Part shown: in pieces, positions 24,142 to 36,100 of the stretch
How positions within the stretch are numbered: the stretch's first letter is position 1
Layout of the letters: every line of letters begins with the position of its first letter
Assembly (NCBI RefSeq): GCF_026571515.1
Contig: NW_026854834.1
Coordinates: forward strand, 1 to 64,000
Direction of reading: 5' to 3'
DNA: 64,000 bases
From: Ruditapes philippinarum
Taxonomy: Eukaryota
Notes under the pieces: model-generated
What the model was told of the DNA's origin: nothing
Seen by the model: only the letters and a program-made list of their open reading frames with translations
Database searches by the model: none
Position numbers and translations under genes: made by a program

Positions 24142-27100
24142 TTACACCATATTTTTTCTCCAAGCTTGCATACCTGTGAAAAGAGTAAGAAAAGATATAC
24201 GGCAAGATTTAAGCACATTTTAAAAGCACGCAACATAAAACTAATATCATGTTCTTCCAAAGGGAGTAAATACTTCGTTAAGTTAATATATCAATGCATT
24301 TTTAACATCATTTATAACACATAAAATTCAAAATAAACGAAACAAAGTATCACATACAACGTTTTGAATAAAAGGAGTAATGTATTTAATCATACATAAT
24401 ACAAACTTATTTTATTTCAGTTTAAGTTTTTTTTTCACTGAAATATTTCGCGAAAAAATACTACATGTACTTGTTTTCAAATATCATTTTCAAGGCTTGT
24501 TAAAGGAGCGCCACTGAGGTCATAAAAGCCTAAAAATATTAAGTTTGAGAATCTTGCATAGATCAAGTGATACAATTAAAATGGAAATTCCTGCAAATGA
24601 TAATAAAGAAATATACTCAGAGTTAAAATAGAAATTGATTTTTGCACGATTTTTAGCCTTTTGAAAAGCGTTGCAATTCTTTTAAGATTTTTGGGTCATT
24701 TTTGCACAATAAAAAAATACTTATTCTGGGAAAATAGAGTGAGGGAATGAAATGAATTTTTTTCACACAAGTTATTAGTCCGGACATACATCAAATGGTA
24801 CGCAAGACTCCAAAAATATATCAAGTCCGTTAAAGTTAAAAAACTCCAGTGGATTCTCTTTAAAATTATAAAGTCCATATATTTACGTATAGGGTTTGGC
24901 GGTGGTCTCCTTGGATTTACTGAAATGAAAATTATCTTTTTCTGTCAATACAAGTTTGAAAAGGCAAGTCGCGAAATATTAATATTATAATCCTTAAAAT
25001 AATTCAAAAGCAAACGTTTTTGTCTTATTTAGCACATTAATTAAAGCGGTCTTCAGCTTTTTTAAGGTATAATAATATGTTATTTTAAGACAAATCGTTT
25101 CATGTAATTTTCAAATCAAAAGAATTAATGAAAAGAATGGAAACATTTAGGTAATAATTATCAACTTCACAAAGTTTAACCGCCAACGTTTCGAGATGAT
25201 AAACCCCTTTTTATCAAGGAGTTTCTGTGTATTTTATGAATCACATTTTTATCTTCTTGTCTTAACACTATGTTTTTGCAGTATGAAAGAAATTAATTTG
25301 AAAAAGTAATTGTTTTACTAACAAGCAGTGTCTATTCTAGGATTTGAAAAACAGGGGGGATTTTATAAAAAAGTGAGAATTTATTACATTTGTTTACTTT
25401 TTTCCTTCTTTTTCTATGTAAAATTTCCCCCCTGCCTCTGAAAAAATAGGGGGGAATTCTCAAAAATAGGGGTGAATACCCCCCCCCCTCCTAGAATAGA
25501 CACTGAACAAAAAAGAGCTGAAAACCGCTTTAAAGTAAATTCACGTACATTTGACGACATTCTGGAATGAAGATCCCAAGAGAGCTATGTAAGTGAACAT
25601 TGCTGTAAGTTCATGAGAGCCAATGCTGTACAGAAAGTTTTTTTTTTTTTCAAAACATCTCTCACGACCCCTTAGCACAGACTGAAGCATTAACACATGT
25701 CTTGCTTTCATTTTTAATAGCAGTCTTTTTCTTATTGGAAAAATAAAAAATTGCATTCAGCATTTTACAAAAATGTATTTCCTGCGTCCACTTACTTTCA
25801 AGTCGGCCCCTTTTGTTCCAAGAAGAGCCCTCTGCGATAGAATCCAATGAATACTTCCTTCTTTTATGGCCAAAACTTTTATGCTTTCGTTTGCAACTAA
25901 AAAATACAAGCCAATAATTATGGTCACTAACATACATGATGAGATCATTCAATAATTGAAACAAAAAATTTAAAAAAGGTAAACATTAATGCCTCTTAAT
26001 TAGAGATAATGGACACGCGTTTAAACATCTCTGATGTCCCTAAATCTTACATAAGTAGTATTAAGTCTCAAAACTATAACCATATTATAACAATCAATTA
26101 TATTCAAGGACCAGAAAATAGGCAACCCAATCACAACAAAAATGAAATAATTTTGTCTTTTTCGTGTTTTTTTCTTCTTCTTATAAATGTATTACTTTTT
26201 TGCTTAATGCACTTTATTGGCATTTCTTTTGTTCTAGATTTGTATCCAAACAATTGTATCAACAAACACAGAACATCGGTATACATGCTTGATTTTGCAG
26301 GACTCAATTATTTAAGCTATTCTATATTACGAATGAAGAATATTGTATATATATAATTCTTAGACAAACTTTTCATTTGTTTTACCACAAGGATACAAAT
26401 GCACCTGGAAATTTCCAAGCTCACGTGATAATCCAAACGGACTACAAACATTAATTACAACGTCCTTGACCATTGAGCGAGTCCTTGGTGCTTGATTATA
26501 AATTATATTCCTGTTGAACTTAATAAATAAATAAATAAATAAATGAATAAATAAATAAAAAAACGATCTGAAAATATTTCAAATCTTGTTCAACAATGAA
26601 AGATTATATTAGTTGATATTTTAGCCAATGGAAGTTAACGTGGGCAAAATGCCATTAAATACTTACAATGTTCTTTTAAATTGACCACACCCATTTTTTC
26701 CATGGCACGTGAAAATGACGTAAGCAAGAACGCCAATACAGACAAGTAGGGCAGCAATACATGCCGACAACCATGCGATATTCTTATTGTCTTCCAGGAA
26801 AGAACGATACCTATCCGTGGTGGTTGTCGTACTTGTGGTCGTAGTACCTGATGAATATAGTACATGGTTAGATAATAGCAAACTGCCTTATGGGATATTA
26901 TTAATTTATTTTTCAATATAAGGCCCGTTTTCACTTCAAAAGTAAGGCTAATATGTTCACCACGACATTAAGAACATAAGATAAGGCCATTATGCAAAAA
27001 GTACGGCCTTTATGAGGAGAATCGGCTATTATGAGATTTGAGCATTTTGATTGGCTCTCCAGCTCGGCCATTCTGAATTTGCTTTATTTTTTTCATTGAA

Positions 27101-30100
27101 AAAAGTCTCGAGTTTTTAACTGCTGCAAGGTAGGTTTCCGAGATGTTTTTAAAACAAGAATCTCATTTGCAATACCTCACAACGGAATTTCACATAAGTT
27201 ATTTTTGTTCACTAAGTACTTAACATTTTTGGACTATATGTAGTTAATAATATAAAATTGTCAATAATTAAGTGTTTTCATAATGGCTTTGTTATTGGGC
27301 TTTAGACTGTCATATTAGCTATTATGAAAACACTTAATTATTAACATGATAATAATAACAAAGTGCATTGTTGGATAATAACTATATATAAGAAATAGAA
27401 TCATACACTACACGGAGTAAAAACAGAGTAAAAAATGAAAACATGTCTGACAAATATAAACCATAGAAAATAACCATAGCGTTCGACAATAATGAGCACG
27501 TGACAACTTACCGGAAATTATTAGGACAACAGACGCTGTATCTGTCCTGGCTCCTATATCTGAAGCCGTAGCTGTAACTGTGACTGAAGTGCCGAATGCT
27601 AAATCACTGCCCTGTGGTGTCAAAAGCACTGTTATTTCGCCAGTATTGCTGATGCCAAAATATTCCAAAGACAGGCTACTCTGGTCTAACGTGTACGTTA
27701 TGACGCCATAAGGACCGGTGTCGGCGTCAGTTGCGGTGACTGTGCCAACGGAGGTGCCGGTTGAGGCATAGTAACTGACGTGGAAACTGTAAGTCGTAGG
27801 AGAGAAGACTGGTGGATTGTCGTTAGCATCAGCTGTTAATTTTTACAATAAGACACATTACTAGTATTTCATTGAAACGAAAGAAACAACAACAAAAAAC
27901 AACAACAACCAAAAAAAAAAAAGATATTGAAATTAAAAAAATAAACGCCTTTTTTAACTATATGCTACAAGAAAAACTATGCGTTATAATGCATTTCTTT
28001 TTCAGTACCCTATACAAGGTAACAGGAATATATAAACTAGAGTTATTGCCCAAACAAATGAAAAACAGAGAAGGCCATACCAAACTGATTTCTAATTCTA
28101 TGGATGTTTTATACATGCAATATGGACAAGCCAGGGAAAAAGTATTAATTTGAAAATCCATTCTCAAAGATGGTATTATGTCTCTGATTATGTTAAATAG
28201 TAATTATTACAATAAATGATTTATATAAACCTAACCATGGCTTTTAATACTGGCTCAATTCTGAAATGTGTCCTGCCAATTAATTCTTCCATAGTCTTTT
28301 TACATTTTGTTATCAAGTTCTGTGTATTTTTTCATAGTGTAATAATTTCATTATTAAATAACAGGAATAACGAAAGGAAGAAAATTTTATAACTATATAT
28401 TTTTGTCAATTGTATTTTGCGTGACATGTGTAGAAAAGTAGGTCGCGAAATTACATGACGTTTGTTTGTCCTGCAAATTTTTTACTTCATTTTGTTTTGT
28501 TTTAAAATCCTACAAAACAGGCAGGTTGTAATCCAACGATTAGAGCAGTGTTGGTGTCGCCATAGGTAAAAAATAGAAAATACGTACATATTGTTATTGT
28601 CAAAATTGCTGTATCTGTAAGGCCCCCGCTATCGGTCACCGTCACTGTACAATTACAATTGGCTGGTAGAGATCCAGAGTCAAGGTCATAGTCGGATTGA
28701 TAGCTCACTTGCCCGGATGAATCCATGACGAAATATCCGGTATATGCACCGCATTCATTGGACAATGTTTTTGTATCATCGGTGTCAGGGTCGGTTATAC
28801 CAAATGGCGGCGTTCCTATCACAGTACCAGCCTAGTTGTAGCAGCAAGAAATAAATACACAAGTACGTTTATCAGACTGTTTCATTTATTATTAACATGA
28901 GCTTCAGCTAATTTAAAATATATATATATTTTTTTTAAATTACAGATACAGTACTAGATCTATTTAACTTTTCGTTTGTCTATATTCTAAAATTACAATG
29001 TTTACGTCATTGCTATCTGAAGACTGAAAATAATAAAAGTGACTATGTATAATATCATTATACAGTCTGTAACGATGAGTCATCACAAAGTTTGTGAAAA
29101 AGTTCTAGAATGGTAAACATACATTTCCCTCTGATGTGGAGATTGTATAGCTGGTCTGGCTGAATGAAGGTTCCTCATTTTCATTTATGACTTCAATCGT
29201 GAGCGTCTTGGTGTCTGACGTCACAGGATCAGAGACAGTGACGTCAAAAGGAAATGTTGTTGTTCCGATTGTTTCGTAATCAATTGCAGTTAAAATCGAT
29301 ACTAGTCCAGCTAAATCAAAAACATGAAAACCAAGAATATCTTTAAGGTATAAAACAAGTTAAAGTTATATTCTAAACAATCTGATGAAAATCACGCTCG
29401 CATTAGGATCTGACGACCACCAATAGGCTGTCACCTTCTCGCGACCTTTCAAACAACTAATCATCGACGGGCTTTTATATACAATGCCGATACCGTTTCT
29501 AATTTTAACCGCTGGAAAACCAATACTGAGTAGGAAATTTCGAGAACGAACATGGCATTGTCCATATAGTCAGTAGGTTAACTGGCAAAACAATCTTGCC
29601 CATAAACATTGAGTCAATTATTTCCATTTAATTTGTTTCTAATTACTTCAAACATTTATTTCTAACAAAAACAACAACAACAACAATTTGTTTCTACTTC
29701 CACGGACAACGATATTTTGATACTTCGTCTAATCTGTAAAGGACGGTTTGATTGCATGGTTAAAATAGCTTTCTCGGGAAATCCGAATTACAATGAAGCC
29801 GAAATGAATACGGTAGCAATAAGATCTACATGTAAGAAATAAGTAGATCTGAACTTTAGTCACATTGTATTCTAAATACCAAAACTAATCATTGTTTTTG
29901 TCATGGAAATCTTTGAAATAGCCCCTCCATAATGTTATTTATGACAAATAAAAGGTTTCATATCGACTGAAGGACTATGTTTTGTGACATACTTAGTATT
30001 GAAATGACAAGAGAAATCGCCATTCACTACTATGCAACACAGAGAGTGTTGAAACTTTTACTATAATGACATTAGTTTTCTTGTCATATGAAATGTGAAA

Positions 30101-33100
30101 TATATTTTGATAATTCATTACTCACTTGATGAAATGCTGAAGTATGTCAGTCCAGTTCCAGATGTAGCCATTGAAAATGTATGAGCCTGAAAAGTGTCAC
30201 TGTCACTGTAAGAAACGTTGAAAACAACTGTTCCAACAGCCGTGTTTTCCACAACAGTTATCGTCAAGGGGAGATTTGAAATAATAACCGGGTCGTTGAT
30301 ATCTGTCGTAAAATATTGATACATTATAAAGAAACTTTTTAGACATTTAAAGATATAAATTTTGATAATATCCTAACTGGAACATTGGAAAAGAAATACA
30401 AAAAGATTGGTCGAACTCATCCGAACTTATACGGTGAGTGTCTTTTCAAGTGTTTTAACCAAATCAAACCTATAGTACATCACTGTACATGTTTATCTTA
30501 ATAAGTTTGTTATAATATTAAGAAAACCGACAACACAAATTATAAAGACTAAAATAAAAAGAACGTTGCAACACATATATCTAAAGTTAAAAAAAAACTT
30601 AAAATCATAATAAATGACAAGATGCTTAAAAGCTTTTTGTCACCTGCTACCGTAATTGTAAGGATTTTTGGACCAACTGTATTTTTTCCATCAGAAACAG
30701 TTATATATGCGTCATATCCAACAGTTGTATGTCCTGACATGTCCTCCGTTATCTGTATTTGTCCAGCTGAAATCATCAATAGTATGTTTACAAATAAACA
30801 GTAAAATTGTTTCAATATATGAGAACATATTGTACAGCGTGCATATCCAGTAACGCCGAAATGTGTAAATTACTACTAAAGACACGATGGTGACATTTCA
30901 ACTTAATAAATTCTCGGGTTCATCCTCACGAATTTACAATTTTAACTTCATGAATTTACGATAACAACATACAGAATTCACGAATTTACGGTTTCAACTT
31001 CATGAATTCAAGATTCCAATTTCATAATCTGTTATTCACATTAGCATGTATTTTGAAGACATTTAGGACCAGTATTTATAGTATTTATGGTCCGTTGACC
31101 GAGACATAACTTGTCTCTCTATGCAATGCTTTTGAACTTCACCAGAGGCTATGAAAAAACTACTGAGCTAGAATACAGAAGGTCGGTGGTTCTACTCAGC
31201 TGGTGAAATATTGCATGGAGGACACTAAGTTCTTCCTTTGCTAGTTAAAGCTTGATAATTGCAATATTATTTGATAGTGCCGATGTGACTTCGTATAAAC
31301 AAATCGACAACAATAACATGAAGAACATATTAAACCCTGTAATGTCCTCTACTATGATAAATTTTGCATAACTAATTATCTGTTAGATATATTATCAAAA
31401 CATTGAAAAGAATTCTGAATATATCATATGAAATAGCTTACAAGCAAATATTGTGAAGGGACATGGTGAAGGCACACACGTCATTGTAAACGATACGTCA
31501 TCGATGTCGTAAACAAGTACCGTAAACACATTAGTGCCGATTGTATCTGTTGTTGAAATAGACGTGGAATCTGCAAGGTAAACACATGTTTCTGCATTAT
31601 CTTTGCTACAGTACATGTTCATTTTTTCTTGTAGGCTAATTTCTCGCAATTGTAAAATTTTAAGGAGTTCTATTTAGGTGCTGCATCTTTATTGTATATT
31701 TACTAGATTAGATCTATAATATTTTTTCCTTTACATAGTCACAGACACTTGGGGTTTGGAGCTCAAAACGCCTTTAAAATCCAATTAAATGCATATTTGT
31801 CAATTCCAGCACATGTTCTGATCATATATATCAAAAAAACTTAATATAAGCCGTTTTGAAAAAATTTCATATTTCAACATCTATAATAATACACAAGATA
31901 AAAATGTTCGCCGGAAAAAATCCGCACCCCTACCGTCATAATCACCATGTATTTTATTCCATTTCCAATATTTTCACATAATCCTTTGGTCTATCAACAC
32001 AGAAGATATAATTCTTCACGATGATGGTCAATTTTAAACTTCAAAGGTAATATAAACAATGCAACAGCCGAAATAAACATCAAGATTATCGCCGTTTTTC
32101 TCCATTGACAAAATCTTTCAAACGTCAAATAATTGAAATTGTTCATGACGGGCAAACTTGCAATTGTGCACAAGATGTCATTGCTAATTTTGCTCTAAAT
32201 GCGTTTCTTTTACTGAAAACAACGCATTTTAGTCCCTGTTCGGTCATTGTACTCATCACCCAAAACAACTTTGTCGAGTTTCAGGCCTAAACAGAGAGAG
32301 CTACAAAGTAACTTATAACAGAACAGTACGTAAAATTCAAACGTGGCCCCAGCTTTGCCGTGTGCAAAATGCGCAGCGCTTTTAAGTTTGGGAACCAAAT
32401 AATCGGATGGCTTCGTTCATAGCCGACTGTCACGTTTGAATTTATCGAAAGATTTTGTCAATGGAGAAAAACGGCGATAATCTTGATGTTTATTTCGGCT
32501 GTTGCATTGTTTACATTACCTTTGAAGTTTAAAATTGACCATCATCGTGAAGAATTATATCTTCTGTGTCGATGGACCAAAGGATTATGTGAAAATATTA
32601 TAAATGGAATATAATAACATTGATATAACGTGGGTCGGATTTTTTCCGCGGATGAACACTTAAATATTCTGTAAAATTATTATGAGTTGAATAGATAGTT
32701 GTTTTTACCAAAAACGGTTAAAATTCAGTTGTTATTTTGTACATCTATGATAAGGGTAAGTTTGAGTTGCATAACAAATATGCATATTTATTTTGGTTTA
32801 AAGTAAGTTTGAAGCTTCCAAATAAATCTTTAATAGTCATTTATCTTGTATTTTTCATAGTAGAACAAAAGTCGATACTAGACTAAATGAAATTCTCTTT
32901 TTAGTCGCCTTCCCTTCTATTTTTCATAATACTTCATAGAACCGCGTTCGTACAAATAGTCGTGACGTAATAAAGAGAATATTAATTAAACCAAATAAAG
33001 CTTGATCGCCTTCTTCTGTAGAACAGTTCGGATGAACACTAACATATACATAGAAAAAATTACTTTGAAGGTTGAGGAAGATAGGTTCCGCATTTTTGAC

Positions 33101-36100
33101 CAAAGATACGATGAAAATATCACTGTCTGTGTATTGTCCGTCCGTACACTCTATTGATAAGGTGTAGGAGTTTGAAGTTGCATAATCAAATCCAGGAGAT
33201 GCATCACTGCTAATGATTTTGTCTATAAAAGTAAAAGTTTCAAAACGTTCCAAATTAAAATCTATAATAGACACATTATGCCTTAGAAACAAATAATTTT
33301 TTACTTCTCGTGGAAGGGTTAACATGTATTTTGTAATGTTTAAATAATGGTTTTAGAGAATAATTGATGCCTGAAGAAAGTGGCGATAAATGTGAAAAAA
33401 AATTATCGTCAAAGTAGCAAAATGTAAACAAAGTATTATTTTGACTTTCATACAAATCACTATAACTATATTGCCAAAAAGCGACAGATGAAAAAGATGG
33501 TTCAGGTAATTGCCCATAGGGTATCTTTTGGGATACTTTAAAAGTACACCAAAATTAAAAAGCTTTTGAGAATTAAAAATAAAAGCGTTTCTAAGGCATA
33601 ATAGGCCTTAAACACGTTAATGAAATATATAAGTAAATAATCTATAAAGATCGCAAGTTATGATGACATGTATGTTTAAAAAAGGAAAAGAATATAAAAT
33701 ATTAGCGGGAGTTTATGTTTAGATCTATACTGAGTATGAATTTTGATTTCATTATTTTTATTAATGTTATCATTGTTTATTTGTTTTCTAATTTGTGTTA
33801 AAAGTATAACGTTATTTAAAAATATCCATGCACTTTTGAAATAATGAATCGTTTGTTATATCATTATTTTCTGTATTTTAACCATTTATGCGCATGCGTG
33901 TCAATAAATTGTTTCGACGACCATTCCATTATTGAAAACTAGATGATTTTTTGTTTTAAAAAATCGAGATATTTACAGACCAGAAAACAACCTTTGAAAT
34001 ACATGTATAAGTAAAATAGAAAATTATGTTTGAATGATAAATGCCTATATATCCAATGTTGAATGGTGCTCCTGCAGGTGTTGTGCTGTCAATAATGCAC
34101 GTGGTTGTGCTTCCCTCGGGATCGGTGACGTTTACTGTGAATAATGACGTAGCAATCGTTTCGTCCTCGCTTATGGAACTGGTGGCTGGAAGGTTGGTTA
34201 TAGTTGGAGGCTAATGTAATAAAAAAATATGTTATTTTCCTTAACAACCGGCACGCGCTAAAATGAGTATACACATGATCAAAAGATCAAAATATAAAAT
34301 TTAAGACAACAAAAGTTTATTAAATACTTTATTATTCACAATGAATGATATGTGACTTTCGTTTCGTATAGTATAGCTGATTAAACTATTTTTCTCAAAT
34401 TATGTACCCCGTCACTGGCGGATGAAGGACAATTCAAGAAAGCTAAATTTAACTGGTTAAGTTAATACATATTGTGAAGAGACAAAAAAACAATTACTAT
34501 ACTCGTAGTAACGAATTTACAATCAGTAAATTTCCAAAAAGAGCAAATTGAAAGACATGTACCGTTAGAATATGGTAATTATACTGTTTTAAACATTATA
34601 ATGAGTAAATGAATTTCTGAAAGCTTTTACTTTCTAATATCTAGTCATTTGTTATAATATTGAATTTTCTTTAAAATGTTGTTATCTGAAGACAACATTT
34701 AGTTGCAACATATGATTTATGATAATTTTAACATAAATTAATCAAGTTTTTACAATTATTGTTATATTTTAAGTATACATATTTGACAAAATATACGAAT
34801 ACTCAGATTGACTTCTATAGTTTGCACTAACTGTAAAAATAAACTTTAGATTTTTCACCTGTTGAGTTATTGAAACAATTAGCGTGGTGTGGCGATTAGA
34901 ATGGTCTGTTAACAAATTTAAAGGTCAAGCTGAAAACTCAACTTGCAGCGTAGTAACTTCATCTGAAAGAAAACAAGAGAATGAGCCGCGTCACGACAAA
35001 ACCAACATAGTGCATTTGCGACCAGCATGGATCAAGACCAGCCTGCGCATCCGCGCAGGCTGGTCTGGATCCATGCTGGTCGCAAACCCATTATGTTGGT
35101 TTTGTCATGACACGGCTCAAATGCATACTTCAGAAAAAATCAACATAACTACATTTAGCAGCAACGTATTTACATTTACAGCAACATATTTACATTTAGC
35201 AGCAAAATAGTGATTAAGGGCAGCAAAATGAACCCATAATGATAAGGCATAATACATATATTTATACAGAGCTGGAAAATATTGACTTAGGGCAGGAAAA
35301 ATACCTAGAGAAGAAAGGTATTTAAATATAGCAGCAAAATATTGATTTAGGGCAGCAAAATGTACACATAAAGCATTATACATAAATGTACACAGAGCAG
35401 GAAAATAATGACTTAGGGCAGCAAGAAGAAAAAACTAATGGAACAAAATATTAACAAAGAGCAGAAAAATATTTACATTTAGCGGAAGGATACTAAGAAT
35501 AATATAAACAAAATTGGCTTACACGTTGTTCCATTAAAACTGTAGTCAGAATTGGCGGTCATGATAACGCTGAGGGTGCTAATGTCGTCTGTGTCGACAT
35601 CTGTGACGCTTACATCATAAACAAATGAACCGGAAGCAGTATTAGCGATTATGTTGACAGTATTTGGCAAATTTGTGAACGATGGCTCGGTATCTAAAAT
35701 AAATTATTCTGATTAAATAAGCAAAATGAAAGTCCTTGTTACAATTTTTATTATTACAAAACAAAGTCCATATTTAGGCTGCAAGTAACTAAGGGCCATC
35801 AGAAAAACACGGACGTTGCAAAAAGCACTTCAGAGCAATACAGTATTAATAAATTAACAGGAAATGTCAGTATGTTTGAATATAAATTATTATAATTCTG
35901 CATACAAAAGCGCTCGTAGGTCGTCAAAAAATTTTACATTATTTCAATGTGTTTTGTTATATATTAAAAGGACTCTCAAGTCAGTGTCAGAAATTGTATA
36001 CAATGATTTTATGGTCGTCAAAAAGGCTCGCTTTGTAACAACATTTTGACATAAATCATATGACAACTCCTGTGAAATCATATATATGTTTTATTTTGAT

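Noticed and set aside
24098-24173. Alternative last-exon frame (YASLEKKYGV...)
   Set aside because: Upstream exon phases and silent-site patterns support RMQAWRKNMV*, with the stop at the same position in both paralogs.
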